The notes beneath the pieces are model-generated. The model was given only the letters and a program-made list of their open reading frames with translations, ran no database searches and was not told the origin of the DNA. DNA of 64,000 nt from Eledone cirrhosa (taxonomy: Eukaryota), in NCBI GenBank assembly GCA_964016885.1, contig OZ024752.1:9362001-9426000 (forward strand). Direction: 5' to 3'. How positions within the stretch are numbered: the first letter of the stretch is position 1; every line of letters starts with the position of its first letter. Shown in pieces: positions 39,653 to 54,572 of the stretch. The position numbers and the translations under genes are program-made.

Positions 39653-39840
39653 GGGCGGTGGATTGGCAGTATCGGAAGAGGCTCGAACGCCATGCTTTGC
39701 AACATAGAGTTACGGCCCTTTACGGTCTGAGTTCAAATCTCACCGAGGTTAACTTTGCCTTTCATTTTTACGGGGGTTGATTTAATCGACTTTCCCCTCC
39801 CCCCAAATTACTGGCCTTGTGCCTATACTAGAAATCATTA
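39653..39840 (+). mobile_element. tRNA-derived SINE, family S1
   Basis: GGGCGGTGGATTGGCAG...GAGTTCAAATC...GGCCTTGTGCC; degenerate ~16-bp flanking direct repeat. Confidence 0.85.
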
Positions 39841-40342
39841 TATCATCTCTACTGCCTCCACTATCCCTTTAGGCTCCAGTGCCCCCCTGACAATCTCAAT
39901 GACATCCGGGGGCGGTCGTGCTCACGTTGAGAACCTCTGCTGTAGAGCATCAATGGAGTGTATCTCTAGCAAGCTGTTTTGCTTGAGCACGTTTATCTGT
40001 AAACTATATCTATGGTACCAATTTATAGACAGATAGAGTATCCCTTTAGAAAAGAAACCAACGAATGTGTCATCTTTAACACCTCTGATGATGCAGACAC
40101 TAGCTAATGAAACAGTAGGCTAGTCTACTGTTTACATGTTTACAGCAGCAAGTTCTATCTAATGGCACTGGTATGACTGTGTGGTCTAGAAGTTCATTTT
40201 TCAAGTATACTAGACCACCCGAGACCCGTCGGGTCACATTCACTTCAAAATATCTTTTAAAAATCATTTTTAGATAATTAAAATATACGCAGACATATAT
40301 ATAATGTGGAATCAAACTGGAAGGGCTATATATATACCTGTG

Positions 40343-40373
<31 letters not shown>

Positions 40374-40380
<7 letters not shown>

Positions 40381-40443
40381 GAATTTGAAAATTAACGAAG
40401 GGAAAAATATTTTTCCCTTCGTTAATTTTCAAATTCTTTTAAT
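40374..40443. repeat. Perfect 70-bp spacerless palindrome
   Basis: Centre at 40408/40409, adjacent to a (TA)n tract. Confidence 0.95.
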
Positions 40444-40714
40444 TTATACATTATCTTCCAACGGTTTTCAACCTCTCTATGTAAAACAATATATCTTTCT
40501 CAGTTATAAAAACTATCTCTCTCTCTCTATCACCCATCTCTCCCTCTCCACCTTCACTCTCATCTCCTCCCCTTTTTTTCATCCTTTCCACCCCCCCCCT
40601 CTCTAACTAAAATATTTTTCCCAATATCACACATCAATCTAAAACTACTTCTCATATGTTGATTTAAAACTGCACTATCCACAAGTGTTTTTTAGCCTTC
40701 ATATCATGTCCTCC

Positions 40715-40785
40715 TGTTTTATCTGATGAAAACACAAATATTATTGCATGATGATGTTTGTTTTTGAAATGCGCATAATAAAATA
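40715..40785 (+). ncRNA. Minimal hammerhead ribozyme, family A (element 40654-40910)
   Basis: TGTTTTAT-CTGATGA-aaacacaaatatt/gatgtttgttttt-GAAA-TGCGCA-TA-ATAAAATA. Confidence 0.85.
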
Positions 40786-40909
40786 CATGGAACTCCTTTA
40801 ACCATCTTTTGATCTTATATATTATATATACTCCAGTCCTACAAACTGTAGAGTGCTTCTTATCCGATATCTGCATTGCTTTATTGTACTACAATAAAAC
40901 TCACCTCCT

Positions 40910-40975
<66 letters not shown>

Positions 40976-41217
40976 TTAGGGTAAAAATTGATGCAATTCA
41001 ATTCAAAATTTGGATTGCCTCGGAAACATAACCTTATTATGTAACAAGCTGTCTGACGATGTCGCGACACTGGCACACAGAACAGTGTGGCCACTGTCGT
41101 CATTGAAATATATATCACAGCATTATTAATGCACTGGGTAATTGCTGGCCTTGTGCCTAAAGTAGAAACATTTATTATTAAAAGACTTGAACATCTGAAA
41201 CTACTTCACTTTTCCTT

Positions 41218-41250
<33 letters not shown>

Positions 41251-41999
41251 GTGTGTGTATGGATATATATAAATATGTGTGTGTGTGTGTATGTATATAT
41301 ATATATATAAATGTGTGTGTGTGTATATGTATATATATATATATATAAATGTGTGTGTGTGTGTATATGTAAATATATAAATGTGTGTGTGTGTGTATAT
41401 TTATATATATAAATGTGTGTGTATGTATATATATAAATATGTGAGTGTGTATACATATATATACGTATGTGTGTGTGTGTATATATATAAATGTGTGTGT
41501 GTGTATATTTATATATATAAATGTGTGTGTATGTATATATATAAATGTGTGCGTGTGTATACATATATATACATATGTGTGTGTGTATATATATAAATGT
41601 GTGTGTATGTATATATATAAATGTGTGTGTGTGTATACATATATATACGTATGTGTGTGTGTATATATAAATGTGTGTGTGTGTATATTTATATATATAA
41701 ATGTGTATGTATGTATATATATATATAAATGTGTGTGTGTGTATACATATATATACGTATGTGTGTGTGTATATATATTAATGTGTGTGTGTGTGTGTAT
41801 ATTTATATATATAAATGTGTGTGTGTGTATACATATATATACGTATGTGTGTGTGTATATATATGGGTGTCTGATATATATACACTGGTCATAGACACAC
41901 ACACACACATACAACTTCCCTTCAAAGTATTTTCCCAATATGCGCCATTTTGGCTCTATTACATTACAGACAAGCAAGCAAGCAATCACAGACCTTTAG

Positions 42000-42367
42000 T
42001 GATAGATAGATAGATAGATTTCTTTATTTGCCACAAGGGCGCACAAGAAAAGGGGACAATACAAAGACACATGCCGGGGATTTTATATACAGTCGTGTAA
42101 AAATATTGAAATAAACAATTATAACAATCGAAATCCCCAATAGGGGGGAAGCGCCACAATTGGGTTGTTTAATACCCCGTCGATAGAACAACCCTCAACT
42201 TCAGGAGCGTGTTGTGCAAGTGCTCCTTTCTTCCTTTTGCTCTCTTCTTCAACCTACAGGTTTATATACAGAGAAGGCCCAATCAGTCGGGCCATTTTCG
42301 CTTCATTCACCCATCTTTCAGTAAATTTACTGGGGTGCAGTGCCTCTCTCTCCACTCTGATTCTCCT
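42000..42367 (-). mobile_element. Probable Tx1/L1-type LINE 3' end
   Basis: Minus frame RRIRVEREALHPSKFTERWVNEAKMARLIGPSLYINL* (F..RW terminus), UTR, AATAAA, then (TCTA)n. Confidence 0.55.
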
Positions 42368-42661
42368 TCAAAAGTCATCTACCATAGTCACGGATTAACC
42401 AATGACGTGTGAGTGAAATTTGGTAGACAGAAACCTTTTTCTGGTCACAAACACTATATATACATGCATGATCCCATAACACTCGATGGGGGTCGATTCT
42501 TCCTCTATATCTCTTCCTCATTCCCTCTTTATCATTCTCTCTCTTTCTCTGGAAGAAATCTGCTGTACTCAGGCCTGGAGAGGGATGGATCCGCCAGGCT
42601 TTAAAAAAATGCCAAAGAAACGCAATATGTGAATATGGCGCCCCTACAACTCTATCAGGAG

Positions 42662-44716
42662 TTACGATACGATATTATACCGTACCATACAATACCATAC
42701 CATACCATACCATGCCATACCATACTATACCATACCATACCATACATGCCATACCATACATGTCATACTATACCATACCATACCATGCCATGCCATACAC
42801 GCCATACCATACCATGCCATACCATACCATGTCATACCATACCATGCCATACTATACCATACCATACCATACCATGCCATACCATACCATACATACCATA
42901 CCATACCATGCCATACCATACCATACCATACCATGCCATGCCATACCATGCCATACCATACATACCATACCATACCATGCCATACATACCATACCATACC
43001 ATGCCATAACATACCATACCATGCCATACCATGCCATACCATACCATACCATGCCATAACATACCATACCATGCCATACCATGCCATGCCATACCATGCC
43101 ATACCATACATACCATACCATGCCATACCATACATACCATACCATACCATGCCATAACATACCATACCATGCCATACCATGCCATGCCATACCATGCCAT
43201 ACCATACATACCATACCATGCCATGCCATACCATGCCATAACATACCATACCATGCCATAACATACCATACCATGCCATACCATACCATACCATACCATA
43301 CCATGCCATACCATACCATACCATACCATACCATGCCATACCATACATACCATACCATACCATGCCATACCATACCATACCATACCATGCCATGCCATAC
43401 CATGCCATACCATACATACCATACCATGCCATACCATACCATACCATGCCATGCCATACCATGCCATACCATACCATACCATACCATGCCATACCATGCC
43501 ATACCATACCATACATACCATACCATACCATGCCATACCATACCATACCATGCCATGCCATACCATGCCATACCATACCATACCATGCCATACCATGCCA
43601 TACCATGCCATACAATACCATACCATACCATGCCATACAATACCATACCATACCATACCATACCATACCATACCATGCCATACCATGCCATACCATACTA
43701 TATCATACCATGCCATACCATGCAATACATACCATGCCATGCGATACCATGCCATACCATACCATGCCATACCATGCCATACCATGCCATACCATACCAT
43801 ACCATGCCATACCATACCATACCATGCCATACCATGCCATGCCATACCATACCATGCCATACCATGCCATACCATGCAATACAATACCATACCATACCAT
43901 GCCACACCATGCCATACCATACCATGCCATGCCATACCATGCCATACCATCCCATGCCATACCATACCATACCATACCATACCATATCATACCATACATA
44001 CCATACCATGCCATACTATACCATACCATACTATACCATGCCATGCCATACCATACCATGCCATACCATGCCATGCCATACCATGTCATACCATACATAC
44101 CATACCATGCCATACTATACCATACCATACTATACCATGCCAGGCCATGTCATACTATACCATGCCATACTATACCATACCATACCATACCATACCATGC
44201 CATACCATACCATGCCATACTATACCATGCCATACCATGCCATACTATACCATACCATGCCATACTATACCATACCATACCATACCATACCATGCCATGT
44301 CATACCATACCATACCATGCCATACCATACTATACCATACTATACCATACCATACCATACCATGCCATACCATACTATACCATACTATACCATACCATAC
44401 CATACTATACCATACTATACCATACCATGCCATGCCATACCATACTATACCATACCATACCATGCCATGCCATACTATACCATACCATACCATACCATAC
44501 CATACCATGCCATATCATGCCATGTCATACCATACCATGCCATACCATACCATACCATACCATGCCATACTATACCATATCATACCATACCATACCATGC
44601 CATACCATACTATACCATACCATACTATACCATACCATACCATGCCATACCATACTATACCATACCATACCATACCATGCCATACCATACCATACCATGC
44701 CATATCATGCCATGCC
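42662..44716. repeat. (CCATA/CCATG)n pentanucleotide satellite, ~2 kb
   Basis: Directly visible. Confidence 0.98.
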
Positions 44717-44986
44717 AAACCAATATTAGTATATCTTGAAATATAGTTTCAGTTACCTTTAATGCATTGATCAAGCTAAAAGATGAAAATAACTAACTAT
44801 ACTGCCTCCTCAGGGTGAGTGAGTGAAACATATAGACATATACACCAGATCCGAACACAAAGGAACCAAACTCCAACTGTCACTGCTTCCGTCTCTCCCA
44901 CGCCCTCCTCATCTTTCACTATTATGAACAAATGGGGGCCCACGTGCTGGTCGCCCCGCGGCCAAGGCGGACTTAATATAAAAAAT

Positions 44987-45069
<83 letters not shown>

Positions 45070-45072
<3 letters not shown>

Positions 45073-47506
45073 AGCAACAACGACACCAGTAACAACAACA
45101 CCAACAACACTAACACCACCACCACCAACAACAACAACACCAGCAACAACAACGACACCAGCAACAACACCAACAACAACAACAACAACACCACCACCAC
45201 CACCACCAACACCAGCAACAACAACACCACCACCAACAACAACAACAACACCAGCAACAACGACGCCAGCAACAACGACACCAACAACAACAACACCAGT
45301 AACAACGACACCAGCAACAACAATAACAACACCACCACCAACACCAACACCAGCAACAACGACGCCACCAACAACGACACCAACAACAACGACACCAGCA
45401 ACAACAACACCACCACCAACACCACCACCAACACCAACAACAACACCACCACCAACACCACCACCACCACCACCACCAACACCACCAACACCACCACCAA
45501 CACCAACAACACCACCACCACCACCACCACCAACACCACCACCACCACCACCAACACCAACAACACCACCACCAACACCAACAACAACACCAGCAACAAC
45601 ACCAGCAACAACAACAACACCAACAACAACAACAACACCACCAACAACACCAGCAACAACAACACCACCAACAACAACACCACCAACAACACCAGCAACA
45701 ACAACACCACCAACAACAACACCACCAACAACACCAGCAACAACAACACCAGCAACAACAACAACACCAACAACAACAACAACACCACCAACAACACCAG
45801 CAACAACAACACCACCAACAACAACACCACCAACAACACCAGCAACAACAACACCACCAACAACAACACCACCAACAACACCAGCAACAACAACACCACC
45901 AACAACAACACCACCAACAACACCACCAACAACAACACCACCAACAACAACACCAGCAACAACAACACCACCAACAACAACACCACCAACAACACCAGCA
46001 ACAACAACACCAGCAACAACAACAACACCAACAACAACAACAACACCACCAACAACACCAGCAACAACAACACCACCAACAACAACACCACCAACAACAC
46101 CAGCAACAACAACACCACCAACAACAACACCACCAACAACACCAGCAACAACAACACCACCAACAACAACACCACCAACAACACCAGCAACAACACCACC
46201 ACCAACAACAACACCAGCAACAACAACACCACCAACAACACCAGCAACAACAACACCAACAACACCACCACCAACAACACCAGCAACAACAACAACACCA
46301 CCACCAACACCAACAACGACACCAGCAACAACAACACCAGCAACAACAACACCAGCAACAACAACACCAGCAACAACAACACCACCACCAACACCAACAA
46401 CGACACCAGCAACAACAACACCAACAACAACAACACCAGCAACAACAACACCAGCAACAACAACACCACCACCAACACCAACAACAACACCAGCAACAAC
46501 AACACCAACACCAACAACACCAACACCACCACCAACACCAACAACGACACCAGCAACAACAACACCAGCAACAACAACACCAGCAACAACAACACCAACA
46601 ACACCAACACCACCACCAACACCAACAACGACACCAGCAACAACAACACCAACAACAACAACACCAGCAACAACAACACCAGCAACAACAACACCACCAC
46701 CAACACCAACAACAACACCAGCAACAACAACACCAACACCAACAACAACACCAGCAACAACAACACCAACACCAACAACACCAACACCACCACCAACACC
46801 AACAACGACACCAGCAACAACAACACCAGCAACAACAACACCAGCAACAACAACACCAACAACACCAACACCACCACCAACACCAACAACGACACCAGCA
46901 ACAACAACACCAACAACAACAACACCAGCAACAACAACACCAGCAACAACAACACCACCACCAACACCAACAACGACACCAGCAACAACAACACCAACAA
47001 CAACAACACCACCACCAACACCAACAACACCACCACCACCACCAACACCACCAGCAACAACAACACCACCACCAACACCAACAACAACACCAGCAACAAC
47101 ACCACCACCAACAACACCAGCAACAACGACACCAACAACACCACCACCAACACCAACACCAACAACGACACCAGCAACAACAACACCAGCAACAACGACA
47201 CCAGCAACAACACCAACACCAACAACGACACCAACAACACCAGCAACAACACCAACACCAACACCAACACCAACACCAACACCAGCAACAACACCACCAC
47301 CAACATCACCAGCAACAACGACACCAACAACACCACCACCAACACCAACACCAACAACGACACCAGCAACAACAACACCAGCAACAACGACACCAGCAAC
47401 AACACCAACACCAACAACGACACCAACAACACCAGCAACAACACCAACACCAACACCAACACCAACACCAGCAACAACGACGCCAGCAACAACAATAACA
47501 ACACCA
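45070..47506. repeat. Compound (ACA/CCA/GCA)n trinucleotide repeat, ~2.4 kb
   Basis: Directly visible; translates as a PTA-rich pseudo-mucin. Confidence 0.95.
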
Positions 47507-47864
47507 AGTGGTATAATTATGTGTGCAGAATGTTAGTAATGAAGGCATCTTACTAAAATTATTGAATCGCCTGGTAAAAGTCTGAAACTGAGGTTTCTCT
47601 GAAGCAGATTGATTTTTTTTTTATACACAATTATTGGAAAATGTCCAATACGATTTCACCCGAAGTTTATCTGAACAAAGAAAAATAGAACCAAGGAATG
47701 AATTATTTTATGCGTAAAATGAATATTCTGGTTAAAAAGCTCAAAAGTAAAACTACTACACAACTTCACTTTGTAAGTAAAGAGTGACATGAAAGAAAGA
47801 GAGAAGAACGATGAACTTCAGATATAGATAGAAATAGAATGTTCTATAAAAACAAACTGAGCAG

Positions 47865-47967
47865 CGGGCTACACTCACTAACAGGCTACACTCACTATCA
47901 GGCTACACTCACTATCAGGCTACATTTACTAGCGGGCTACACTCACTAGTAGGATACGCTCACCAAC
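47865..47967. repeat. 17-bp tandem repeat (CAGGCTACACTCACTAT-like), about 6 units
   Basis: Directly visible. Confidence 0.85.
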
Positions 47968-48161
47968 TTTCCCGCTCCCCATAAATTGCCGGCCTTGTGC
48001 CTTGTGAAAGGGAGAGGTAGGGGGGGGGGGAGAGGAAAGGAAGGGGGAAGGCATATTTAAAACAGAGCTCTGGTTCTAATGCTTACCACAAAGTAGACTA
48101 CTAGAGGTACCCATGGGTGAGATTGTGGCATTAAACCCAGAAACATATTAAGTCTATTAAC

Positions 48162-49433
48162 CAAGTAGGTCAGAGTGAGATTTGAACTCAGACGCTCTAA
48201 CGATTCTGTCAGTTCACCGCTAGAGATGGTACTTTATTTATCGACCGCAGAAAAATGAAAGGTAAAATTAACCTCGGCGGGATTTGTGCTCGGAATTTAA
48301 GGAGTCTGAATAAAATACCATCTCCATCTTCCCGAGTAGTTTACCGCTGTTGGTCCGGGGTTGCTTAGTTGCCCGCTTATATCGCAACTAGCCATCATAT
48401 CTGGGACCCGTATCGTTCTCCGCCGCCTGTGACCCGTTCTCTAGCAGAACAGCTCTGCCGGGAATGAAGAAGAAGGAAAAGAAGAAGGAAAAGAAGAAGG
48501 AAAAGAAGAAGGCAAAGAAGAAGAAAAAGAAGGCGAAAAAGAAGAAGGCGAAAAAGAAGGCGAAAAAGAAAAAGAATGCAAATAAAAAAAAGAAGGCAAA
48601 GAAGAAGAAGAAGGCAAAGAAGAAGAAGAAGAAGGCAAAGAAGAAGAAGAAGAAGGAAGGGGACTAAAACACCACAAGGCATTTCAGCTGACGTCCTCAC
48701 ACTTTTGCCAAATAGCCGTATATCATGCTTTATTAATTCTACTGCTTCGTCGCCTCTGACTCTTTATCTAACTCCTCACTAAACAGTTTAAATACTTTCA
48801 CTACCAGAACGAATAAAATAAAAATCAATAACTTTAAATACTTCTTCCACTACTGATAGGAGATTTTTAAAATCCCAAAATTTGACAACTGCAATGTCAA
48901 GCTGGCATATATATTATTGATAACTTAATTGATTGGAGATGTGGTGCAGTCTAAAATATCAATAATTCAAGGCCTATATTCTACCCACAAGTAGGTCAGA
49001 GTGAGATTTGAACTCAGACGCTCTAACGATTCTGTCAGTTTACCGCTAGAGATGGTACTTTATTTATCGACCCCAGAAGAATGAAAGGCAAAATTAACCT
49101 CGGTGGGATTTGTGCTCGGAATTTAATGAGTCTGAATAAAATACCATCTCCATCTCCCCTAATAGTTTACCGCTGTTGGTCCGGGGTTGCTTAGTTGCCC
49201 GCTTATATCGCAACTAGCCATCATATCTGGGGGCCCGTATCACTACCAGAACGAATAAAAATAAAAATCAATAACTTTAAATACTTCTTCCACTACACAT
49301 AGGAGATTTTTAAAATCCAAAAATTTGACAACTGCAATGTCAAGCTAGCATATATATTATTGATTACTTGATTGATTGAAGATGTGGTGCAGTCTAAAAT
49401 ATCAATAATTCAAGGCCTATATTCTGCCCACAA
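48162..49433. repeat. Local duplication A-x-B-A'-B'
   Basis: A 48162-48414 matches 48988-49241; B 48799-48990 matches 49241-49433; A contains SINE fragments. Confidence 0.9.
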
Positions 49434-49644
49434 AAACAAAATTAAATGATGAGGAATTTTCAATTAGATAATGGCTAATATACACAGTTTGTTAATCCAT
49501 TTTGAAGACTTGGTAAGAATTGTTTGATATTTTATGTAGATCAAACAATCACGTATACACATTCTTGCTAACCAAATCTATATAATATACAAGAACAAAA
49601 CTTCCAGAACAGGAAACATGCCGATTAGACTATCAGAAGGACAG

Positions 49645-50228
49645 CATTCATTCGTTCGTTCGGCTGAGTTTTACACTCGCAAAGATTCAGCACGCCTTCT
49701 CCAGTCGTTCCGGTCGAACATTACATATCTCAGCCTGTCTTCCACCGCCGGTTTCCAGAGTACTTGCGGCGAGGAGAAGAAGAACTAGGGCCGCCCCTAG
49801 GATCATTGGATTTGGTGTACTTTATATTTGTTTCGGTTGCTGAATACAATCAGGGGTCGCTGCTTACCCTGAAGGTCAATACTTCTATTCTAACTTGAGC
49901 AGGAGTGCCTTTCCATTGTCAATTTGCATTGATCATCTACAAAGCCACATTGTTCTCATTGCCACTATACCAGTCTTTCAATGTGTGCAGCTGGAACTAC
50001 TGCCACCCATTGATTTGGCAGGATTTTTTTATTTTATTTTAGATGGCCGTTGACTTTTATGAGTTCTTCTTTCTGCCCTTTGTCAGGTTTTGTGTTTTTG
50101 TCCTGCAGGGTGTCCAAAATCACCCTCCTCACCAAGTAAATTTGGTGGGGTTGCCGGTTTAGTCGTCGACGATCCGACCATGCGACACAGGTTGTACTGG
50201 GTTACATGCTACCAGAGTGACCTGACAT
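49645..50228 (-). mobile_element. Internally deleted RTE-like element with a family-H-like 5' end and a different RTE 3' end
   Basis: 50042-50228 is homologous to the family H 5' end; 3' remnant ...LRYVMFDRNDWRRRAES followed by an (AACG/AATG)n tail. Confidence 0.6.
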
Positions 50229-50324
50229 GACCCCCCCCCCCCTCAATATAACAATATCTGTTTCAACACACGATTTCACACCAAAAACTTTGCAAAACAA
50301 ATACATCGCAGCCGAAGTAAAAAT

Positions 50325-50502
50325 AATTGTTTCAACTTTTGGTACAAGGCCAGCAATTACCCAGTACATTACTGGTACTTTATTTTATCGAGCCCGTAAG
50401 AATGAAAGGCAAAGTTAACCTCGACGGGATTTGAACTCAGACGTAAATAGACGTAACTATGCTGAAAAGCATGGCGTCCTACCCTCTATCGTTACTGCCA
50501 AT
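50325..50502 (-). mobile_element. SINE S1 (further copies 50600-50790 +, 52986-53210 +, 53388-53525 -, 53618-53770 -, 61790-61916 -)
   Basis: Shared CTGGTACTTTATTTTATCGA...ATGAAAGGCAAAG..AACCT motif. Confidence 0.8.
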
Positions 50503-50944
50503 GCTAGTTAATGATTAATATATATTTATTTCGTAGAAGAAATACGTGATAGAATAAAAAAGGTTTCCTGTGTTATTGATCCATATATGGCGATAGATTG
50601 TCAGAATTGGTTGGACGTCGGATAAAATACTATTGTAATATTTGTTTCTGCCATTTACGTTCTGTGTTCAAATCCCTTCGAGGTCGACTTTACCTTTCAT
50701 CCTCCCAGGGTTGATAAAATACAGTACCAGTCAAATACAAGGGGTCGTTGCCCCAAATTGCTGGCCTTGTACCTTAATTAGAAACGACTATGACCCCCAT
50801 CGGAAATGAGTCACCGTTAACATAGTTGCCATAGCAATGATTATAGAATTAAAAAATAACTGTAGGGGATTGCACATAGTTTGATTTAGTTAAACAGACT
50901 GGGAAAACATACATAGGCCTACATACACATTCTAAAAAGCAAGA

Positions 50945-51362
50945 TAGTTTTGTATAGTTCTCTGATCATCCCAGTTGTCACCTATGCCAGTGAAGATTAC
51001 AGCAGGACTTGCCCTCAAGCTAAATGTATTCCATCAGAGGTGCCTCAACAATAACCAATGAAGAAGTCTTTGGGAGAACCAAGCAGAAACCACGAAGCAT
51101 CACAGTGAAAGATCGTTGTCTGAGATTTCTTGGACCTGTCTTTAGAATGTCATCACCAAGACATGTAAGGTTCTCCCTTGATTGGAAGTCGGAAGGCGGG
51201 AAAAAGGAAACATGGAAGTCCATTAACAAGATGGAAGAGGACGGTCCTGAAGGATTGAGATGTGGAAGAACTGAGCTGGAAGGATACCAAATCTCTTGCA
51301 GAAGACCGCAAAGGATGGAGATTTTTTGTTGCTGCCCAATGTTTCACGTGAAATGGGAGGAC
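50945..51362 (+). mobile_element. Degenerate RTE LINE 3' fragment
   Basis: IIPVVTYASE / ITNEEVFGRT...LRFLGPVFRM...LDWK / RWKRTV...LSW...AEDRKGWR remnants. Confidence 0.75.
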
Positions 51363-52315
51363 CTCATCCCCTCCTTCACTCACTCACTCCCTCCATCACA
51401 CCATCACTCCCTCCATCACACTCTCACCCCCTCCATCACACCCTTACTGCCTCACACCCTCCCTCACTCACTCCCTCCCTCACACCCTTACTCCCTCACT
51501 CACTCACGCCCTCCCTCACTTCAATATAACTGAAGTGGTATCTAGGTTAGGCGATATGATTTTAATTCTTCAAACCATAAAGGCAGGAAAGCAGCTGAAA
51601 TCCTCTATAAATATCTGGTACAGTCCTTCAATAAAAAAAACCATTGTTTGTAATCTATCGCTAATTCAGTTTTATAACCAGCCTATCGAACGCTGGCCCC
51701 TATAAGCAAGTTCCAATTACTGATGTGGCCAGCCTATGTTACATTTTCCCATCGCATGATAACGTTTTTTTATTTTACTCCCTAGCAGTACTTTTTCATT
51801 AATTTGAATTGTCAGCGCCATGATTTGTGATATAAATTGTTATGAATGTTACTCTGTGTTCTTGTTTTTATCGTTTATCATTTATCAAAACGTTTTCACT
51901 ATTTTATACCCAAGAGTCTCCTAAAATATATATTGTAAATGGGAGAAAATAATAACATAACAATGATGAATAAAACAAACAATAATAAAACGATGACAAA
52001 ACAATAATAACAAATACAAACACTAAAAGATATAACAGGAACAACAACAACGACAGCAGCAATAACTGTCACAAATATAATTTGAAAGAACAAAATAAAG
52101 AGACAACAAAAACAACAATAAACAACAAAATACAATAGAAATAACAACAACAGCAAAACAGAGTTCGAGTAATTGACTGTCTTGGTTTAAAAAATGGAAT
52201 TGATATACTCCATTAAATAAAAAATGTTAGTCTCCTGGCAAGATATGTCAGCTGTGTTGTTTGAGTAAACCCCTTCTGAGAAAAGCTTATTTTTCTCCAC
52301 GATAATTTTTCTTTG

Positions 52316-52960
52316 CCCACTTATTCCTGAGAAGGTTCGTGGGGGCAGAGTCCTCAAACACTCAATCCAGGGCGTCCTGTCAGAAGCAACCATCTCCCTC
52401 CCACTTATTCCTGAGAAGGTTCGTGGGGGCAGAGTCCTCAAACACTCAATCCAGGGCGTCCTGTCAGAAGCAACCATCTCCCTCCCACTTATTCCTGAGA
52501 AGGTTCGTGGGGGCAGAGTCCTCAAACACTCAATCCAGGGCGTCCTGTCAGAAGCAACCATCTCCCTCCCACTTATTCCTGAGAAGGTTCGTGGGGCAGA
52601 GTCCTCAAACACTCAATCCAGGGCGTCCTGTCAGAAGCAACCATCTCCCTCCCACTTATTCCTCAGAGGGCCGTGGGGGTAGAGTCGTCAAACACTCATT
52701 CCAGGGGCTCCTGTCACAGGCAACCATCTCCAACTGATTCAGCTGGGCCCCCAAGCGTGACCAGCCAAGCCCATGGATGTTATCCAACCATCTTGCTCGG
52801 GGTCTACCTCTGGGTCTCCTACCGGTTGGTTTTGCCCGTAAAATCTGTCTAGCGATTATTTCCTGAGACATTCTAACCACATGCCCATAGTCCATAGTAT
52901 TGGAGCTGTGACCTCTCAATTCAGAGAAGTAGCAGCTCTACCTGGAGTGACTCTCAGAAC
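52316..52960 (-). mobile_element. RTE 3' fragment with four extra tandem 84-bp copies of its terminus
   Basis: Units start at 52316, 52400, 52484 and 52568; parent from 52651 encodes YGHVVRM...GRRPRGRPRARWLDNI...LPPRP. Confidence 0.9.
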
Positions 52961-54183
52961 ACCACGATACATGTGCTATTATTATTAGCAGTATCGGTAG
53001 AGGGGCTGACACCATGCTTTGCAGCAAAGAATTACGGCCCTTTATGGTCTGAGTTCAAATCCTGCCGAGGTTAACTTCGCCCTTCATCCTTATGGGGTCG
53101 ATAAAATAAAGTACCAGTAATACACTGGGATAATACGGGGTCGATAAAATAAAGTACCAGTAGTGCACTGGGGTAATTGTTGGCCTTGTGCCAAAAGTAG
53201 AAAAAATTATTTATCAAATAGAAACTTCAGTTTAGTAGAGTTGAAAGCTTTATACAATAATAGGCGAAAGAACTAAACCCTTACAAGAAAGAACAAATTA
53301 CTGATATAAGTATGAAACGGCTTGAATAACTGTCATCGATATCTATCAGGCTAGGACCGACATAGAGTTGAAATCAGGTACAATAACTGCTTCTAATTTA
53401 GATATAAGGCCAGCAATTTGAAAGGGGGAGGGCAAAGTCGATTAAATCGACCCAGTGTATTACTGGTACTTTATTTTATCGAGCCCGTAAGGATAAAAGG
53501 AAAAGCTGATCCCGGCGGGATTTGGAAACCAGAGTTAATCTTTAGTTTTACTCAAATACAATAACAAACGACATGTAAGAATGGGTCGGTTAATGACTAG
53601 ACTAGTAACTAGAAATAATAGTTTCTGATATAGGCACAAACCAGTAATTTTGGGGAGGGGAAAGTCGATTAAATTGACCCCAGTGTATTACTGGTTCTTT
53701 ATTCTATCGACCTCGTAATGATGAAAGGCAAAGCTAACCTCAGCGCGATTTGAGCTCAGAATGTAAAAGGGTATAAATATTGATAAATTATTTTTATATT
53801 TATAATTTGAACTGTTGGTAAATCAATGATAAATATTGATTGGTAGCTAAATTATTTATAAAAATATACTGAAGCGAAAACCAAACAAAATAGTGAGTGT
53901 GTTTTACTATTTTTTGGTAATATTAAGACAACAGGAGCTTCCTCAAATATAACAAAATCTGTTTCAACACACGATTTCATATCATATACTGAAGTAAAAA
54001 CCAAATGAAATAGCGAGTGTGTTTTACTATATTTTGGCAATATATTGACAACATGACCCTTCTCGTATACATCGCTATTTCAGAGCACTAATCCTAATAC
54101 ATAATTTTTGATGGACCGGTAATCGCTCTGTATAATAAGCTCCTAATTATTACTGGAATTCTATAAGAATCCAGCTTCTATAG

Positions 54184-54274
54184 TTTTCGGCGAAAGCAGG
54201 GGAGTACGTGGTTCTGATGAACGCCAACCAGCGTGAAACAGGCTGTCAGCTTCTCTCCCTTCTTTCGCTGAAAA
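54184..54274 (+). ncRNA. Type I hammerhead ribozyme with extended stem I
   Basis: GGTT-CTGATGA-ACGC caacca GCGT-GAAA-CAGGCTG-TC-AGCT with GUC site at 54245-54247; distal stem TTTTCGGCGAAAG/CTTTCGCTGAAAA. Confidence 0.88.
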
Positions 54275-54515
54275 GAAGTGACATAGTCACTATTTTAAAA
54301 ACGGATAGCGTATGGTCTTCTAAATATTTTTAATTAAACACACGGTATATTGCCAAATATACTATACATACTAACATGTATACATCACTATTTCAGAGCA
54401 CCAATTCTAATACCATATATATATATATATATATTTACAGACACACACACATATAGATATACGTGTGTGTATCTATATACATACATACTCACGCACACAA
54501 ACACTCCCACACAAA

Positions 54516-54572
<57 letters not shown>

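Noticed and set aside
42629-44746. MPYHTIP / MVWYG repeat proteins
   Set aside because: Translations of a pentanucleotide satellite.
44819-47536. 905-aa mucin-like PT-rich ORF
   Set aside because: It reads through (CA)n into a trinucleotide repeat with almost only NCA codons, has no signal peptide or convincing splice sites, and the antisense frame is also open.
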